From assembly GCA_010909165.1 (NCBI GenBank), contig MU008190.1, forward strand, positions 345,166 to 409,165: 64,000 bases of DNA, written 5' to 3'. Origin of the DNA: Anthoceros angustus (taxonomy: Eukaryota; Plantae; Anthocerotophyta). Each line of letters begins with the position of its first letter. Positions within the stretch are counted from its first letter, which is position 1. The translations under genes were made by a program, and so were the position numbers. Under the pieces are notes generated by a model. The model was not told where the DNA came from and searched no databases. It saw nothing but the letters and a program-made list of their open reading frames with translations. Below are positions 12,369-23,974 of the stretch, one piece after another.

Positions 12369-15300
12369 ATGCGCGCACGGCCAGGGGATTGTTCAACCCT
12401 GTTACCGGCGGTGGACATGGGGGAGCTCCCAATGGAGAGGCGGGATGTATTTCAGACACCTCCACCGAATTACGAGGCTGGAGTGGGTGGCAATGCCATC
12501 ACATACCATCCCAAGCCTATTTGCGAGACATTACAACCTAGCAGCGATGCGGGTTTGTGTTCGAGCGGCGTTCGCTTAAGAAGAGCGAGAGATCATGTGA
12601 AGATTTCGCAAACCTTGTTGCAACAAACTATGCATCCCCAAGTTTACGAAAGAAGCTTTCCAAGAACAGCAGTACAGTTCTTGAGGATGGGGCCGAGCAG
12701 GAGACCTTTCCTCTTTGCGTCCTAATTTCGAGGCCAAAACAAGAGACAAGGTTTATACTCACCTCATGGGACAGTTCCAATGCAATCTTTGTTTAAAGGC
12801 CTTCACGAGTATCTTAGGATCGGCAAGGTACGAGGAGTTGAAGCATAGGGTCCTTGTAGATGCACCTTGGGATGCGAACAAGGCTAGCCCTCGTGTGCAA
12901 TCCTCCCATGCTTTGGGTGCAATTGCGGATGGACTCCACTTTCCTCCACTTAGCAGCGGTTGCGAATGTGGAGGTATATAACCTACCGACACTTTCACGC
13001 ACGACTCGAGTTGTGGACACGACAAGATTGGAATGGAGCGAAAGGACTACGGTTTGTTTCCTATGCATACTTGCGGTTGTGGGCTCGAATTTCAAGCGTG
13101 TTAAGATACCAAAGTCCAACGGGTTCTCAACTTGTTCATTATCTGAGGTTGAAGTGCAACATACGGGGCACGATGTCAAGTGACCAAGGTAGGCCCCTCC
13201 TCCGTAATTGGTTTTCTGAGTTGTTACCGGTACGGGAAAAGATGGAGTTTGTGGGATGGACTGCATGGCGCAATGGCGGCGAGATGCCGGAGATGGTCTC
13301 TGCAGGCGGCATGAGCGCATGAACATGGCGTGATGCTCGGGCATGGGCGCATGGCGTGCGAGGTGCTCCATGCTTCAAGGCGCATGGGCGCGGCATGCCG
13401 CGCCCATGCGCCCTCTCGAGGATAGCGTCGTCATGCCGGCCCCGCGTACTGTCGGGCACATGGGCGCCCATGCGCCATCTTCGTGGCATAGAGGCGTCGG
13501 CATGAGGCGCTAACTCGGCATGCGCGTGGGCGCGGCATGCCGGCGCCCCACTGGTGCCACAAGCAAGGCGATGGCATGCCTCGCGCTCACATTCTTAGCG
13601 GCCGCTCTAAAGTAAGGCGGTCGCGACATCGCCCCTGTCATCAGTATGGCGGTAGTGGCCATGCAGCGCCCGTGCTGAAGAGGCGCATGGGCGCGGCATG
13701 CCGGCATGCCGCCTTATCGTACCGCACGCGGCTCGTCTTTGTGATTTTGTCGTCACCACGGCACATTCCGGGGTATCTCCCATGTGGTATGGTGCCAGGC
13801 GGCGGAAAAGCAAGCCGCATAAGTGCCGGCATGCGCACTACGCATGAACGCCGGGTTGCCGCCGCCCATGTTTAGTATATATGCCGACGCCGTTATTGAT
13901 CTCTATTCAATGTCATTTACAGTTTGGATTTTGTGCAACTGTTGTGATGGCATATAACATTCGATTGGGTCCAATCATCGCTGATAGCTTCTTTTGGTAT
14001 ATTTCATGGTTGGCCATATCTCTGACCGTATTGTTGTGATGCAGAACAGCCTTGTACCAAGAGGCACTGAACAAGCATCGTATACGATTGATGGAGGAAA
14101 GGAAGAAGTTGACCAAGCATCGCTCAAAATCTTACAAGGAGCCTCATAAATATATGTTGTTATCAATCGTATGGACCAAGAAAACTTCACTCCCACATAT
14201 TTTGAGGTGGCCCAAGGACTTGAAAGAGGAGAGTCGAATCACGGTACATGTGGTGGGCTGCATGATACATAACTACACATTCAAAGCGGCCTATGCATTA
14301 TGCAAATTTAGCAAATGATGCAAACGACAATAACCATTATCCGGATGTTATACATACCTATGGATTACTTCCCAAGGTGTTATATCTGGTTGGACAACAC
14401 ATGTAGGGAGAACAAGAACCAGCTTTTATTTGTGTATTTGAACATGCTTGTGGAACTCGGGACGTTTGAGAAAGTGAAGGTTGGTTTCCTTCTTGTCGGG
14501 CATACACACGACGTAGATCAAATGTTCTCTTGTTTCTCCAAGCATTTAAAGCATAAAGAGGCGGTCCTTACCTACAATGCAAGAAATTTTGAGGGAGTCA
14601 TTCACGCCAAATCCAGTAATGTTGGGAGAGGTTGCCGACTTAGGTCATTCGTGTGGCCTATAGGAGCAGGATTGTGGGCGGAAATACAGTAGTGCGGAAG
14701 TTGAACAACCTATCATTTCAACAGTTCAAAATCACACGGAAGACAAAGTCGGCCGGAAAATGCTTGTCATTGATAAGCGATTACTCGCCATTGTGGGAAT
14801 CAAGATGGGCTGGAGTTTTGTCTCATGTTCGACGCCGTCATCGGCCCGACTTTGATGGCACGGGCAAAAGACAAAAAGGGAAGTGAGGCGGTCTTACGCG
14901 TGAAGGCGTGGATCACTTGAAGAAAGGATTGATAAAGCTACCAACTTATTTGACTCTGCGGAGGAAGAATGGTGGACGATTGGAATGATCAAGTTGAAAT
15001 CGCAAATATAGTAGACCATAACATTGGACTTGCATAAGGAGATGATGCAGCAGGCGTGGTGAGCACACGTTCCTCAATGAATCGGAAGCGATTGGATGAG
15101 GCTTTGTTGCGAAATACCACAAAGGGCCATGTACCGGGGCCTATCAAAGTATCGAATGCCGGAGGAGGAAATGGAGAGGATGAATGGCAATATCACGGAG
15201 ATAGAGAAAGGAATGTTCATTGTGACGCCGTGTGAAGGCGACACACATAACAGGCCGATTTGGGTAGCGAAGGTTGTTAATGTCCATCTCGCAAACCCTA

Positions 15301-15479
15301 TATACTTGTGCACTGGTGGCGAACGGACCACACCGATGCTTACGAGGGCAAATATGTTGGGGAGTATTTTGAGGAGTGAATGGATGAGAGCCACTGAAAA
15401 GAAAAGGGAAGTGCAAAAGACCTCCAAACATCCAAAAGCTGTTTGTGCAGAAAACCGTTATAGTATACTATGGTTTTAA
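12369..15479 (+). CDS. Sola1/DUF7869-type DDD transposase (frameshifted; probable intron or insertion at ~13188-13930)
   Basis: N-terminal LCLKAFTSILG..R and F.RVKIPK..GFSTC. Catalytic core LSI(D.MDQ)KTSLPH, WLDNTCRENKN (14387-14419), FLLVGHTH.DVDQMFS (~14486-14530). C-terminal KGMFIV…PIWVAKV…ILVHWW beta-domain. Confidence 0.8.
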
Positions 15480-17040
15480 ACTAACTTCCGTGAAACATCA
15501 CGCGGATAAAAAGCTATAAAGGAGAAGTGTGCTCTCCGAATGCACTCCACCATGCACTTCCAATGAGGCGATGGAGAGTGACAATGATGGTAATGACGCG
15601 TCATTGAAGGAGGGGTGAGGGTCTCGATTCGAGGAGTAATGTCATTAGTTTTGGATTTGGGAATAAGTGTGGAACAACTCCGCACCTAGTTTCATGATAA
15701 CATGCCGCGATCGGATTATAGTTTCATGATAACATGCGACAATATATTACTTTCTTGAACTGCTTTTGTTAAGACAAAAGTGTGACATCATGCCGGCATT
15801 GAGTTCCTTCCAAACCTCGCCTTCTATTGTGGACATGCTTCCGTCAAGCCGCAATACCATCCCGGCATGTATGGTTGCCTTTCACTAGTGAAAACCCCTT
15901 ACTGTATATGACGCATTTAGGCGTTGGTGAGCATTGATTGCCACTGTTTCACAATCCACCAGCTGCATGTCGTAATCATGATCCAATAATGACGCTATCA
16001 ATGTTGATGTAAACTTGATCCAACTCCACTGGCTGGGCGCTGGCATTCCGGTTGGACGACTGGGCGCCGGCATGCCGGCGCCCATGCCACCCAGCCTGCT
16101 CACGTTGCTACAACATTATTTCAAAGACCGGATGGCACTTAGTTCCGTGAATATGATTTCAAACACATCGCCATCGCTTTACAATGATTGGAATGAATGG
16201 CACGTAAAAATCGAGGCAAGTATTTTGAGGAGTGAATGGAATGAGAGCCACTGCGAAAAGCGAGAAAGTGCAAAAGACCTCCAAACATCCAAAAGTTGTT
16301 TGTGCGACCGTTATAGTATACTATGGTTTTAAACTAACTTCCGTGAAACATCATGCGTGGATAAAAAGCTATAAAGGAAAAGTGCTCTGCACCACCTCAC
16401 CATGCACTTCCAATGAGGCGATGGAGTGACAATGATGGTAATAGCGTCATTGAAGGAGGGGTGAGGGTCTCGATTCGAGGAGTAATGTCATTAGTTTTGG
16501 ATTTGGGAATAAGTGTGGAACAACTCCGCACCTAGTTTCATGATAACATGCCGATTATAGATTATAGTTCATGATAACATGCCGACAATATATTACTTTC
16601 TGAAATCTTTGTTAAGACAAGTGTGACATCATGCCGGCATTGAGTTCCTTCCAAACCTCGCCTTCTATTGTGGACATGCTCCGTGCGCAATACCATCCGG
16701 CATGTATGGTTGCCTTTCACTAGTGAAAACCCCTTCATATAGCGCATTTAGGCGTTGGTGAGCATTATTTGTTTCACAATCCACCAGGTGCATGTCGTAA
16801 TCATGATCCAATAATGGCTATCAATGTTGATGTAAACTTGATCCAACTCCATTTGGTATTGGCGTTCGGGTTGGGGCATCGCGCCCATGCCACCACACCA
16901 CGTTCACGCGTTACAACATTATTTCAAAGAGGCGGATGGCACTCCTTAGTTCGTGAATATGATTTCAACACGATCATCGCCTCTTGTTTTACAATGATTG
17001 GAATAAATGGCACCAGAAAATCCTGGAGGCAAGTATTTTG
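15363..17040. repeat. Tandem duplication of ~850 bp (15363-16219 / 16220-17040) inside the element
   Basis: Both copies start GTATTTTGAGGAGTGAATGGA and are colinear. Differences are mostly small indels. Confidence 0.85.
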
Positions 17041-17284
17041 CACCCGCAAGGATGGGGAGCCAACATGGGTATTATTCCTCGTAAGTCCCATGTTGCGAAA
17101 GTGGTACCACCGTTCTACTAGTGGTCTGGTGGAAAGGAAGATGCCATGACTGTGAGTTAAACCCTTTTCAGTACGAATTTGGCAATTACATCCCAAAAGG
17201 GGTATTAAGCAACCATCAAAAACACCCTTCGCTTTAAAGACCCTCGGAGCCGCTTGGTATATATTCACGCTTCAAATATTATGT

Positions 17285-19700
17285 TGTTCCTAGCCTTGTT
17301 GCTTGGGCCTCCTTCTGGTTGGAAAGCTTGTAGTGGTGGGACCGCGACCGGTAATTTTCTCCATCGTGCTATCGCCTCCTTGCCTAGTAATGCGTTTTAC
17401 GAACAAGCACGTCATTTCGATACAATGCCATCATTCATGTACACACAATCCCACAACTTGCACCCACACTTCCTCCACACTTGCCATCTTCTTTTCCTTC
17501 AATTCTTGAAAGCGGGACTTGCAAGATTCAACCCTTAGTGGTATGTGGTGTACTCATCCAATGAACTAGTAAGGTTGACACATTTCACCACCCTCCATAT
17601 CGAAAACAACTCAATATGTGTTCCACTTCCCCCACCTTGCCCTTGGTAGCTGCAAACTTGCGACCAAGGACTAATGTTTGGGCAAAGACTCCAAGCATCT
17701 GCTGAACTTTCACGACATGCTTGCATAAAAATGCTTGTTGTCCTTGTGGACAGTTGCAAGTTGCCCACATAAACATCGGATTGTCAATCACATAAGTTGC
17801 CTTCTAAGGATCTGATGTGGACATACACTTAGCCACGCCATATGGCTCCGTTGGGAGGGACACCATGTCCTCTGAGATATCATTTGCAGCGATTTGCATG
17901 TATACTTCCTTGGTATTGACACGTACCCTCCCTCCTTATACTAGTTTTGGTACCACAAGTGAGTAGCCACCACGAAACATAATTGATGAAGCAACCATCA
18001 ACTCGGCGAGCATGAATCCCCACTTTTGAGTAAGCTAACCTTTCCTTCAAGAATCTATGTCACGCTTCAATGGAGGAAGCGCAGTCTTGTCCGGAATGAG
18101 GTATTGTGCGAGCGGCCTTCAAGAACATATTTGGAAGGACGGAAAGGACATGAAAATAATCGTCGAATTGCACAAACTTGCAGACTCTTAAAGTACATGA
18201 TAACGAACATACTCACCTAGTTGACCCTCCCAAGTAAGTTGCATGTACTCCACGAATTGTTGGTTCGGCTCTATTTGTTGTAAAATTCTATAAGAAGCTC
18301 CTTTCCTAAAGCCACATAGTCCGCCCTTGTCTGTCCCCCTTGAACGTACATGATCTGACCTAACTCAACCCACATAGCTTGTCTGTCGTGCACATTCTTA
18401 ACCTTCTTCAACAAATTTCATAGCCAGGCATGGCGAACGTGCCACAAGCACAAGAAGATTGGCACATCCCGTGACCAGACCTCCCTTAAAGCACCTATCT
18501 CTGCAGCACAATCATCAACCAAGAATGCAGATGGAACTGAGGTGAAGAACTCTCATGCGTAGAAGTAAGCCATGGAACTAAAGCTCTTGTGGTCGCTTCA
18601 CGTGAGAGCCTATGCGGTATTCCATTCGATGTTGGTCGAACACCATGATAAATAGCTAGTACTTATATTTGTTTACTCCAAAAGTGGAGTCCATAGCAAA
18701 TGGTTATTGTCCATCAAATCTCAACATGAAGGATGTTTGCAAGCCTAGGCAAAAAGGCTCTCCCTCCATAGACCTATGAAACACATACCCCGCATGTAAT
18801 TGCATCCACATCCCTACACTAAGGTTATCGCCCTCATGATACCTCCACTCATTCTTCTCCACCTCCCTAATTATATTGTAGACATCATCCCGTGTGAGGA
18901 AGTCAACCCTTACCTTCACATAGGGGGCCTCATTGATTGATAAAACAGAGGGACAATATTTAGCTACAACAGAAAGTTGATGGCATCGCAAAATCTTATC
19001 AATAGACACGTGACAATGTAAACAATGTCTCACCCAAGCTTTTCTTCTCCACTGACAAATATGGGGCTCTAATATATCAAACTATGCATATGTAAGATGG
19101 ACCATGACAAACAAGACCCCAGACATCAACATCTCTACTCTCATAGAGCAAAATCTGAGCAACACATGCCCACAAATATTGTATGCCTTTTCACAGTAAA
19201 ACTAGCCTGACACCCATGTTTGATGCTCTCTCCATCTTCCGTGACCTTTTGTTAGGAGAGGAGGATGAACTTTGCATGGTAGAATGGTAATCCTCGGGCC
19301 GTAACCACACTAGTACTGATCAAGCGACACACCAATGAGAAACCTTTGAATCTAGAAGTCATGGTAAGTTGGAAAAAGCGGTTACAGACAGAAACCTTGT
19401 CAACTCATATCTAAACTATACACAAAGCACACCATTCTGTTCATCTCATTGAGAGTTACAAAAATGGTATATAGCATGACAAGATTAATAAGGACTAGAG
19501 AAAGGAATCAGGCGTGAAAGCCATGTTATATCAAAATATGTCGTAGTAGGAAAATGTTTGAAGTCAGTATCTTGCGCAAACCTTTCAGAATTCAACAAAA
19601 AGGGCATCGTTAGAATTGTCTCAGCGAGATGAACAGTTTGGTGTATGACTTGTCAAGATTCGAAACTACTGGAGGAAGTTCTGAGTTATGAAAGACATGT
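17285..19700 (-). pseudogene. MULE (MuDRA-like) transposase with SWIM zinc finger, degraded
   Basis: PFAMDSTFGVNKYK (~18662-18703), FLVDDCAAEIGALREVW…LCLWHVRHAW (~18425-18525), IEA.HRFLK (~18045-18071), SWIM CNCPQGQQAFLCKH (~17715-17760). The 5' end is approximate. Confidence 0.85.
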
Positions 19701-20384
19701 GCTTGAAGACACAATGATCCATGAGAAGCAAAAAGGACATCAAGTTATTGCACAAACCAAAACCAAACAAACCTGACTGCCAAGATGGAAGAATCTGCCT
19801 TTGGCTAATTGGTTTGTGACAACTGGCTCGGACCCTTTGTCCAGACCCTTGCAAAATTGGTTGGTGCTCCAGTATAGCTATTCATTCCACCAACGAAATC
19901 TCGCACACGTGCCAAGGAATAAGTGCAACTCGGGCCTCCTTCACACGTCCTGGAGCTGAAGAATCCTTGTACAATAATTTCTGCCATGAAAGTTGGCAAT
20001 CTCGAAACAATCCGGGCTGTGGCACTTCAATGGAAAAGGGACAATCCCTTGGCAAGTCAACTTCCACCATCTCGCTTCACCTCACGCTCATTTAGCGGCA
20101 AAAGCTTGCTGCGGAATTGCCGCCATCATTGGTAATCCACACTCATTTGGCACATTGCGAGCTAACCAAATTAGGTTTCCACCATTCCAGTTAGGTCAGA
20201 TTCAAAAGACAAAAATGCCGCTCAAACGAGCCTGTGCCCAATGGAGCATGCACCATAGTACACCAATGTCAGCGGGCCCCGCACTGGCCACTTGATTTTT
20301 ACCCCTAGGCAGTAGTGTTGATTCTGGATGTTTTTTCAATGCTCGCAAGAGAATTTATGGAGGAGTCCTAAGAGAAGACGACGC

Positions 20385-20931
20385 GAGAGGTCAATAGCGA
20401 GAAGGTGACGCAAGAGGTCATCGCAAGAAGGCTACGCGAAAGGTCATCGCCAGAAGGCTACGCGAGAGGTCATCGCTAAAAGGCTATGCCAAATGGACAC
20501 ACATTTATAAGAACATGATTATTAAGCATCCTGTGCTTGGATCGATAGTTAGATGGGGTGCCTAAAGGGAATGGATGCCCTTGGTGCAAGTAGCTTAGGC
20601 ATACCATGGTACAAGTTGTTAAGTACCAAGTCCAATGACGGAAATCCGTCCTTAGTTGACTTGAATAAAATTCTTCTTCTTCTATGTGAGAGGTCATTGT
20701 TTGAAGGCTACGGGAGAGGTCATTGCTAGAAGGGTATGCGAGAGGTCATCGCCACAAGGCTACGAGAGGTCATCGCCAGTCACTCTTTTGCGGAGCCCTA
20801 AGTTGGATCATTAAGGATAAGTACATGATGGAACCAGAGGTCATCGCCACAAGGCTACGAGAGGTCATCGCCAGTCACTCTTTTGCGGAGCCTTAAGTTG
20901 GATCATTAAGGATAAGTACATGATGGAACCA
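20385..20931. repeat. Repeat cluster: ~26-bp GAGAGGTCATCGCCAGAAGGCTACGC units, copy 2 of the 1261 repeat (20488-20674) and a ~100-bp tandem duplication (20738-20931)
   Basis: Directly visible. Confidence 0.8.
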
Positions 20932-21692
20932 GGGCAAGCCTGACTGTCATGATGACTAATTGTGGAACCTTGCGGACTCACCGCGGGCACAAGTTCGATG
21001 TGTGAGCTCTTGGAAAGAAGCTTTTTAAGGGTACTTTTCATCTTTATGTGAAACGGCGCAGTGCCTTCGACTTGCCATTGTGAAAGGCCCTTGAGACAAA
21101 GCTGGACTGTGACTGTTACTGGTCTACTGCAGGCTCGCGACGAGGGACGAGGATTCAACATTCAACGCGCGGCTCCATCGCTGAGGCCATGGCCATGACA
21201 TGTCTTGGTCCCGGCGCGTGCGATTGAATGTGGCATGTGCATGGGTGTCCCGGACGAGGGTTTTCTCGTCGCCCGTCAGAACTCAGAACGTTGGAATGTC
21301 GTCCACAAAAAAGAAAAACGTGCTTTTCTGCTCTCCGTATCGAACCTCGTGCTCCGGTGGGGCACAAATGGACCAATAATGGCCGCCCTCAGAGACCGGA
21401 TGGCGATGTCCCTATTCCCCCAACCTTGCCTGCTCAACAGGCCACCGGATTTGGATACCCCAACTTCTCTGCTGCCGGAACCCTCACGGCTCGGCGTGGG
21501 ATCGATCCCGTGCCGGAGCAGCTCACGGCAGTGGATGGTCGGATCACCGACAACGTCGGTGTGTGTGGGCAGTATGTACGGGTCCCAGGAATTTTGTGCT
21601 GGAGAGCTGTAGCAGGTGCAGGTGCAGGTGCAGATGCTCTTGGGTTCTGCGGAGGCGTCACCCACAACCTGCCTTGCCTTCCGCAGTCCGCA

Positions 21693-23753
21693 ATGGTGAG
21701 TCTTGCGGCAACCCCGGCAGCTCTCTCCTCTCCTTTGCAGCAGTCCCTGAGAAGCACGTGTATTTGTCCCGCCCCTGCCCATTTCGCTGCCCACTTGTCC
21801 TGCTCCTCAAGCTCCTCCCTCCCTGGCACATCACTACACAAGAATGCCCATGGAGCGGCTCAAAAGTCGACTCTGACGCACTCCGTTTTGAGAATACCGC
21901 CTGGAACTGGTCCGCCCTTGTCCTGTGCCCCACAAGGAAACTTGAAACTCGTCCGGTCACCTAAGAGCTGACCTTGGTTTTGGGTTTCCTTAATGTGATG
22001 TTGTGCAGCAGGAAGGAAAGTCCTCCGCATAGCTGCCCTTGACGCAGCCCAGCCATTTGATTACGAGACTAAGCAGTTGCAGGATATAGAGATGGACAGC
22101 AAGTTGAAAGTGGGGATTGTGGGCTTCGGCAATTTCGGGCAGTTTCTGGCCAGGAGAATCGCAGCACAGGGCCATCATGTCATGGCCCACTCTAGGTCCG
22201 ATTACTCTCAACTAGCTGAAAACATGGGGGTAAGCTACTTCAGGTGAGGATGTTCCCTCTTCACCCCTGCTTTGCAACCACTTCTCACCATTCTGGTCTG
22301 CCCTAACATTTTGGAGCTTGCAGGGATCCCGATGACTTCTGCGAGGAGCACCCCGATGTTGTAATTTTGTGTACGTCAATCTTGTCCACGGAGGCTGTCC
22401 TTAGTGCCCTGCCACTCGGGCGTCTCAAAAGAAGTACCTTGTTTGTGGATGTCTTGTCGGTAAAAGAGTTCCCAAAAAGTCTCTTCTTGCAGGTGGGGTG
22501 ATGATCAGTTGATGCATTGCTTTCCCGCTTTGTTCAGCTCATACTTTTGTGTGACATCTTTGGAGTGTTTCAGGTTCTGCCGGCAGAGTTTGATATACTC
22601 TGCACTCATCCCATGTTTGGGCCGGAGAGTGGCAAAGATTCATGGTCAGAACTGCCATTTGTATACGAGAAAGTACGAGTTGCAACTGATAGATCCCGTA
22701 CTGATCGATGTGACAAATTCCTCAAGGTTTTTGAGAGTGAGGTGATTTTCTTAACAGCCTTGACTTCAGTGCAGTTTGCTGCAGCTCAGCCCAATTATCT
22801 TGAAAGTGAGGGAAGGGATGGTGTCTAGCCCTGTCCTAGCTGAGTTGACTGAAGCTAGTGCATGTTCTTGTAGGGTTGCCGAATGGTGGAGATGTCCTGC
22901 TCAGAGCATGACCGATTTGCTGCGGGAAGCCAGTTCATAACTCACACTGTTGGAAGGTAAGTCGTACGTAGAACTTGAGCTCCAAGGGCTGGTGACTACA
23001 AAAAGATGAGGGTGGTTGCTGAGGCAGCAGTTGAACTTTGTGCCGCAGGGTCCTTGGCAAATTGGCCTTGGAGTCTACACCCATCAATACAAAAGGTTAT
23101 GAGACATTGCTCCGGCTGGTAATTTTTTGTCTTTGCCACTCTGCTTCCGGTCCTTGTGGTCTTCCAGTCCTCGTGTCTTGAAAGCTTGGCCTAACTTCAA
23201 ATAGGGAGCTGGATTGTGAGGTATTGCCTCTGTTCTGTAGATCGGGTGACTTGCAAGGATCTGAACACTCATCACACATCTTTCTCTGTGACACAAACTC
23301 TCATCAGGTTGAAAACACCGCAGGAGATAGTTACGACTTGTACTATGGACTGTTCATGTACAACATTAATGCCACAGAGCAGGTATTTTCAGTTCTGTGC
23401 TATTTCGGCTCGCAGATGGGACTTGGTTCTCGTTCTCCCAAGTAACTCCATTGTTTTGGTGGCAGCTGGAGCGTCTGGAACTTGCTTTCGACTCTGTGAA
23501 GAAGCAACTGTTTGGTCAGTTGCACAACGTTTTAAGACATCAGCTATTCGATGCTACTGAGATGTCAAAACCAGCAGCGCCACCTGTGCAAAACGGGCTG
23601 ACACCACGGAAAGCCCTCCCAGCACCTGCTTCCAACGTTGGCGTGGCAAGTTTGCTGTCTAAGACGGTTGCAGGTGATCCTGGGTATAACGGCGTGCCAT
23701 CTTCTGAACCTGCTCTGAGGACGAAACCAGATTTGACCAGGACCCAACAGTGA
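21693..23753 (+). CDS. TyrAa: Plastid arogenate dehydrogenase (TyrAa/ADH), about 8 exons
   Basis: Ser/Ala-rich transit peptide. LDAAQPFDYE, VGIVGFGNFGQF, DVLSVKEFP, THPMFGPESG, EHDRFAAGSQFITH, ENTAGDSYDLYYGLF. GT-AG introns; exons ~21693-21909, 22009-22243, 22324-22492, 22574-22741, 22874-22956, 23049-23118, 23308-23382, 23466-23753. The first donor is uncertain. Confidence 0.95.
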
Positions 23754-23974
23754 CATTCTTTCTACAGCTGGTAAATAAACTCCACGACGGTGGTTTCTGG
23801 GCTGTTTTTCACACAAGTAATATGTGAGAAATATTTTAAATTATATTATTAGTTTTTAGAGTTCAAAAATCACGACCAAGGTTCTCCAGCCGAATCTCTG
23901 TCCAACAATTATGATAAGCACAGTTTTGATTCTAGTTTGAGCTGAAAAAGCAAATAAGCCGTTGCATACCGTTG

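Larger units (their letters stand above)
7113..17284 (+). mobile_element. 10.2-kb TIR DNA transposon: Sola1/DUF7869-type transposase with ParB-DNA methyltransferase cargo
   Basis: Perfect 16-bp inverted termini ACATAATATTTGAAGC (7113-7128 and 17269-17284), extending imperfectly to ~27-30 bp. TG flanks both ends (7111-7112, 17285-17286). Interrupts the MULE transposase ORF. Confidence 0.85.
1578..20310 (-). mobile_element. Mutator-like (MULE) DNA transposon, host of two nested insertions
   Basis: Imperfect ~43-bp TIRs: 1578-1621 GGCTAGCTGTAAAAATTAGGTGGCCAAGTGTGGGGCCCACTGAC vs revcomp of 20268-20310 GCCTAGGGGTAAAAATCAAGTGGCCAGTGCGGGGCCCGCTGAC. Exact 9-bp TSD AGTAGTGTT at 1569-1577 and 20311-20319. 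Internal MULE transposase on the minus strand. Confidence 0.9.

Noticed and set aside
1261-20674. Direct repeats as LTRs of a 19-kb retroelement
   Set aside because: No TG…CA ends, PBS or PPT. The interval is explained by a MULE with its own TIRs and TSD.
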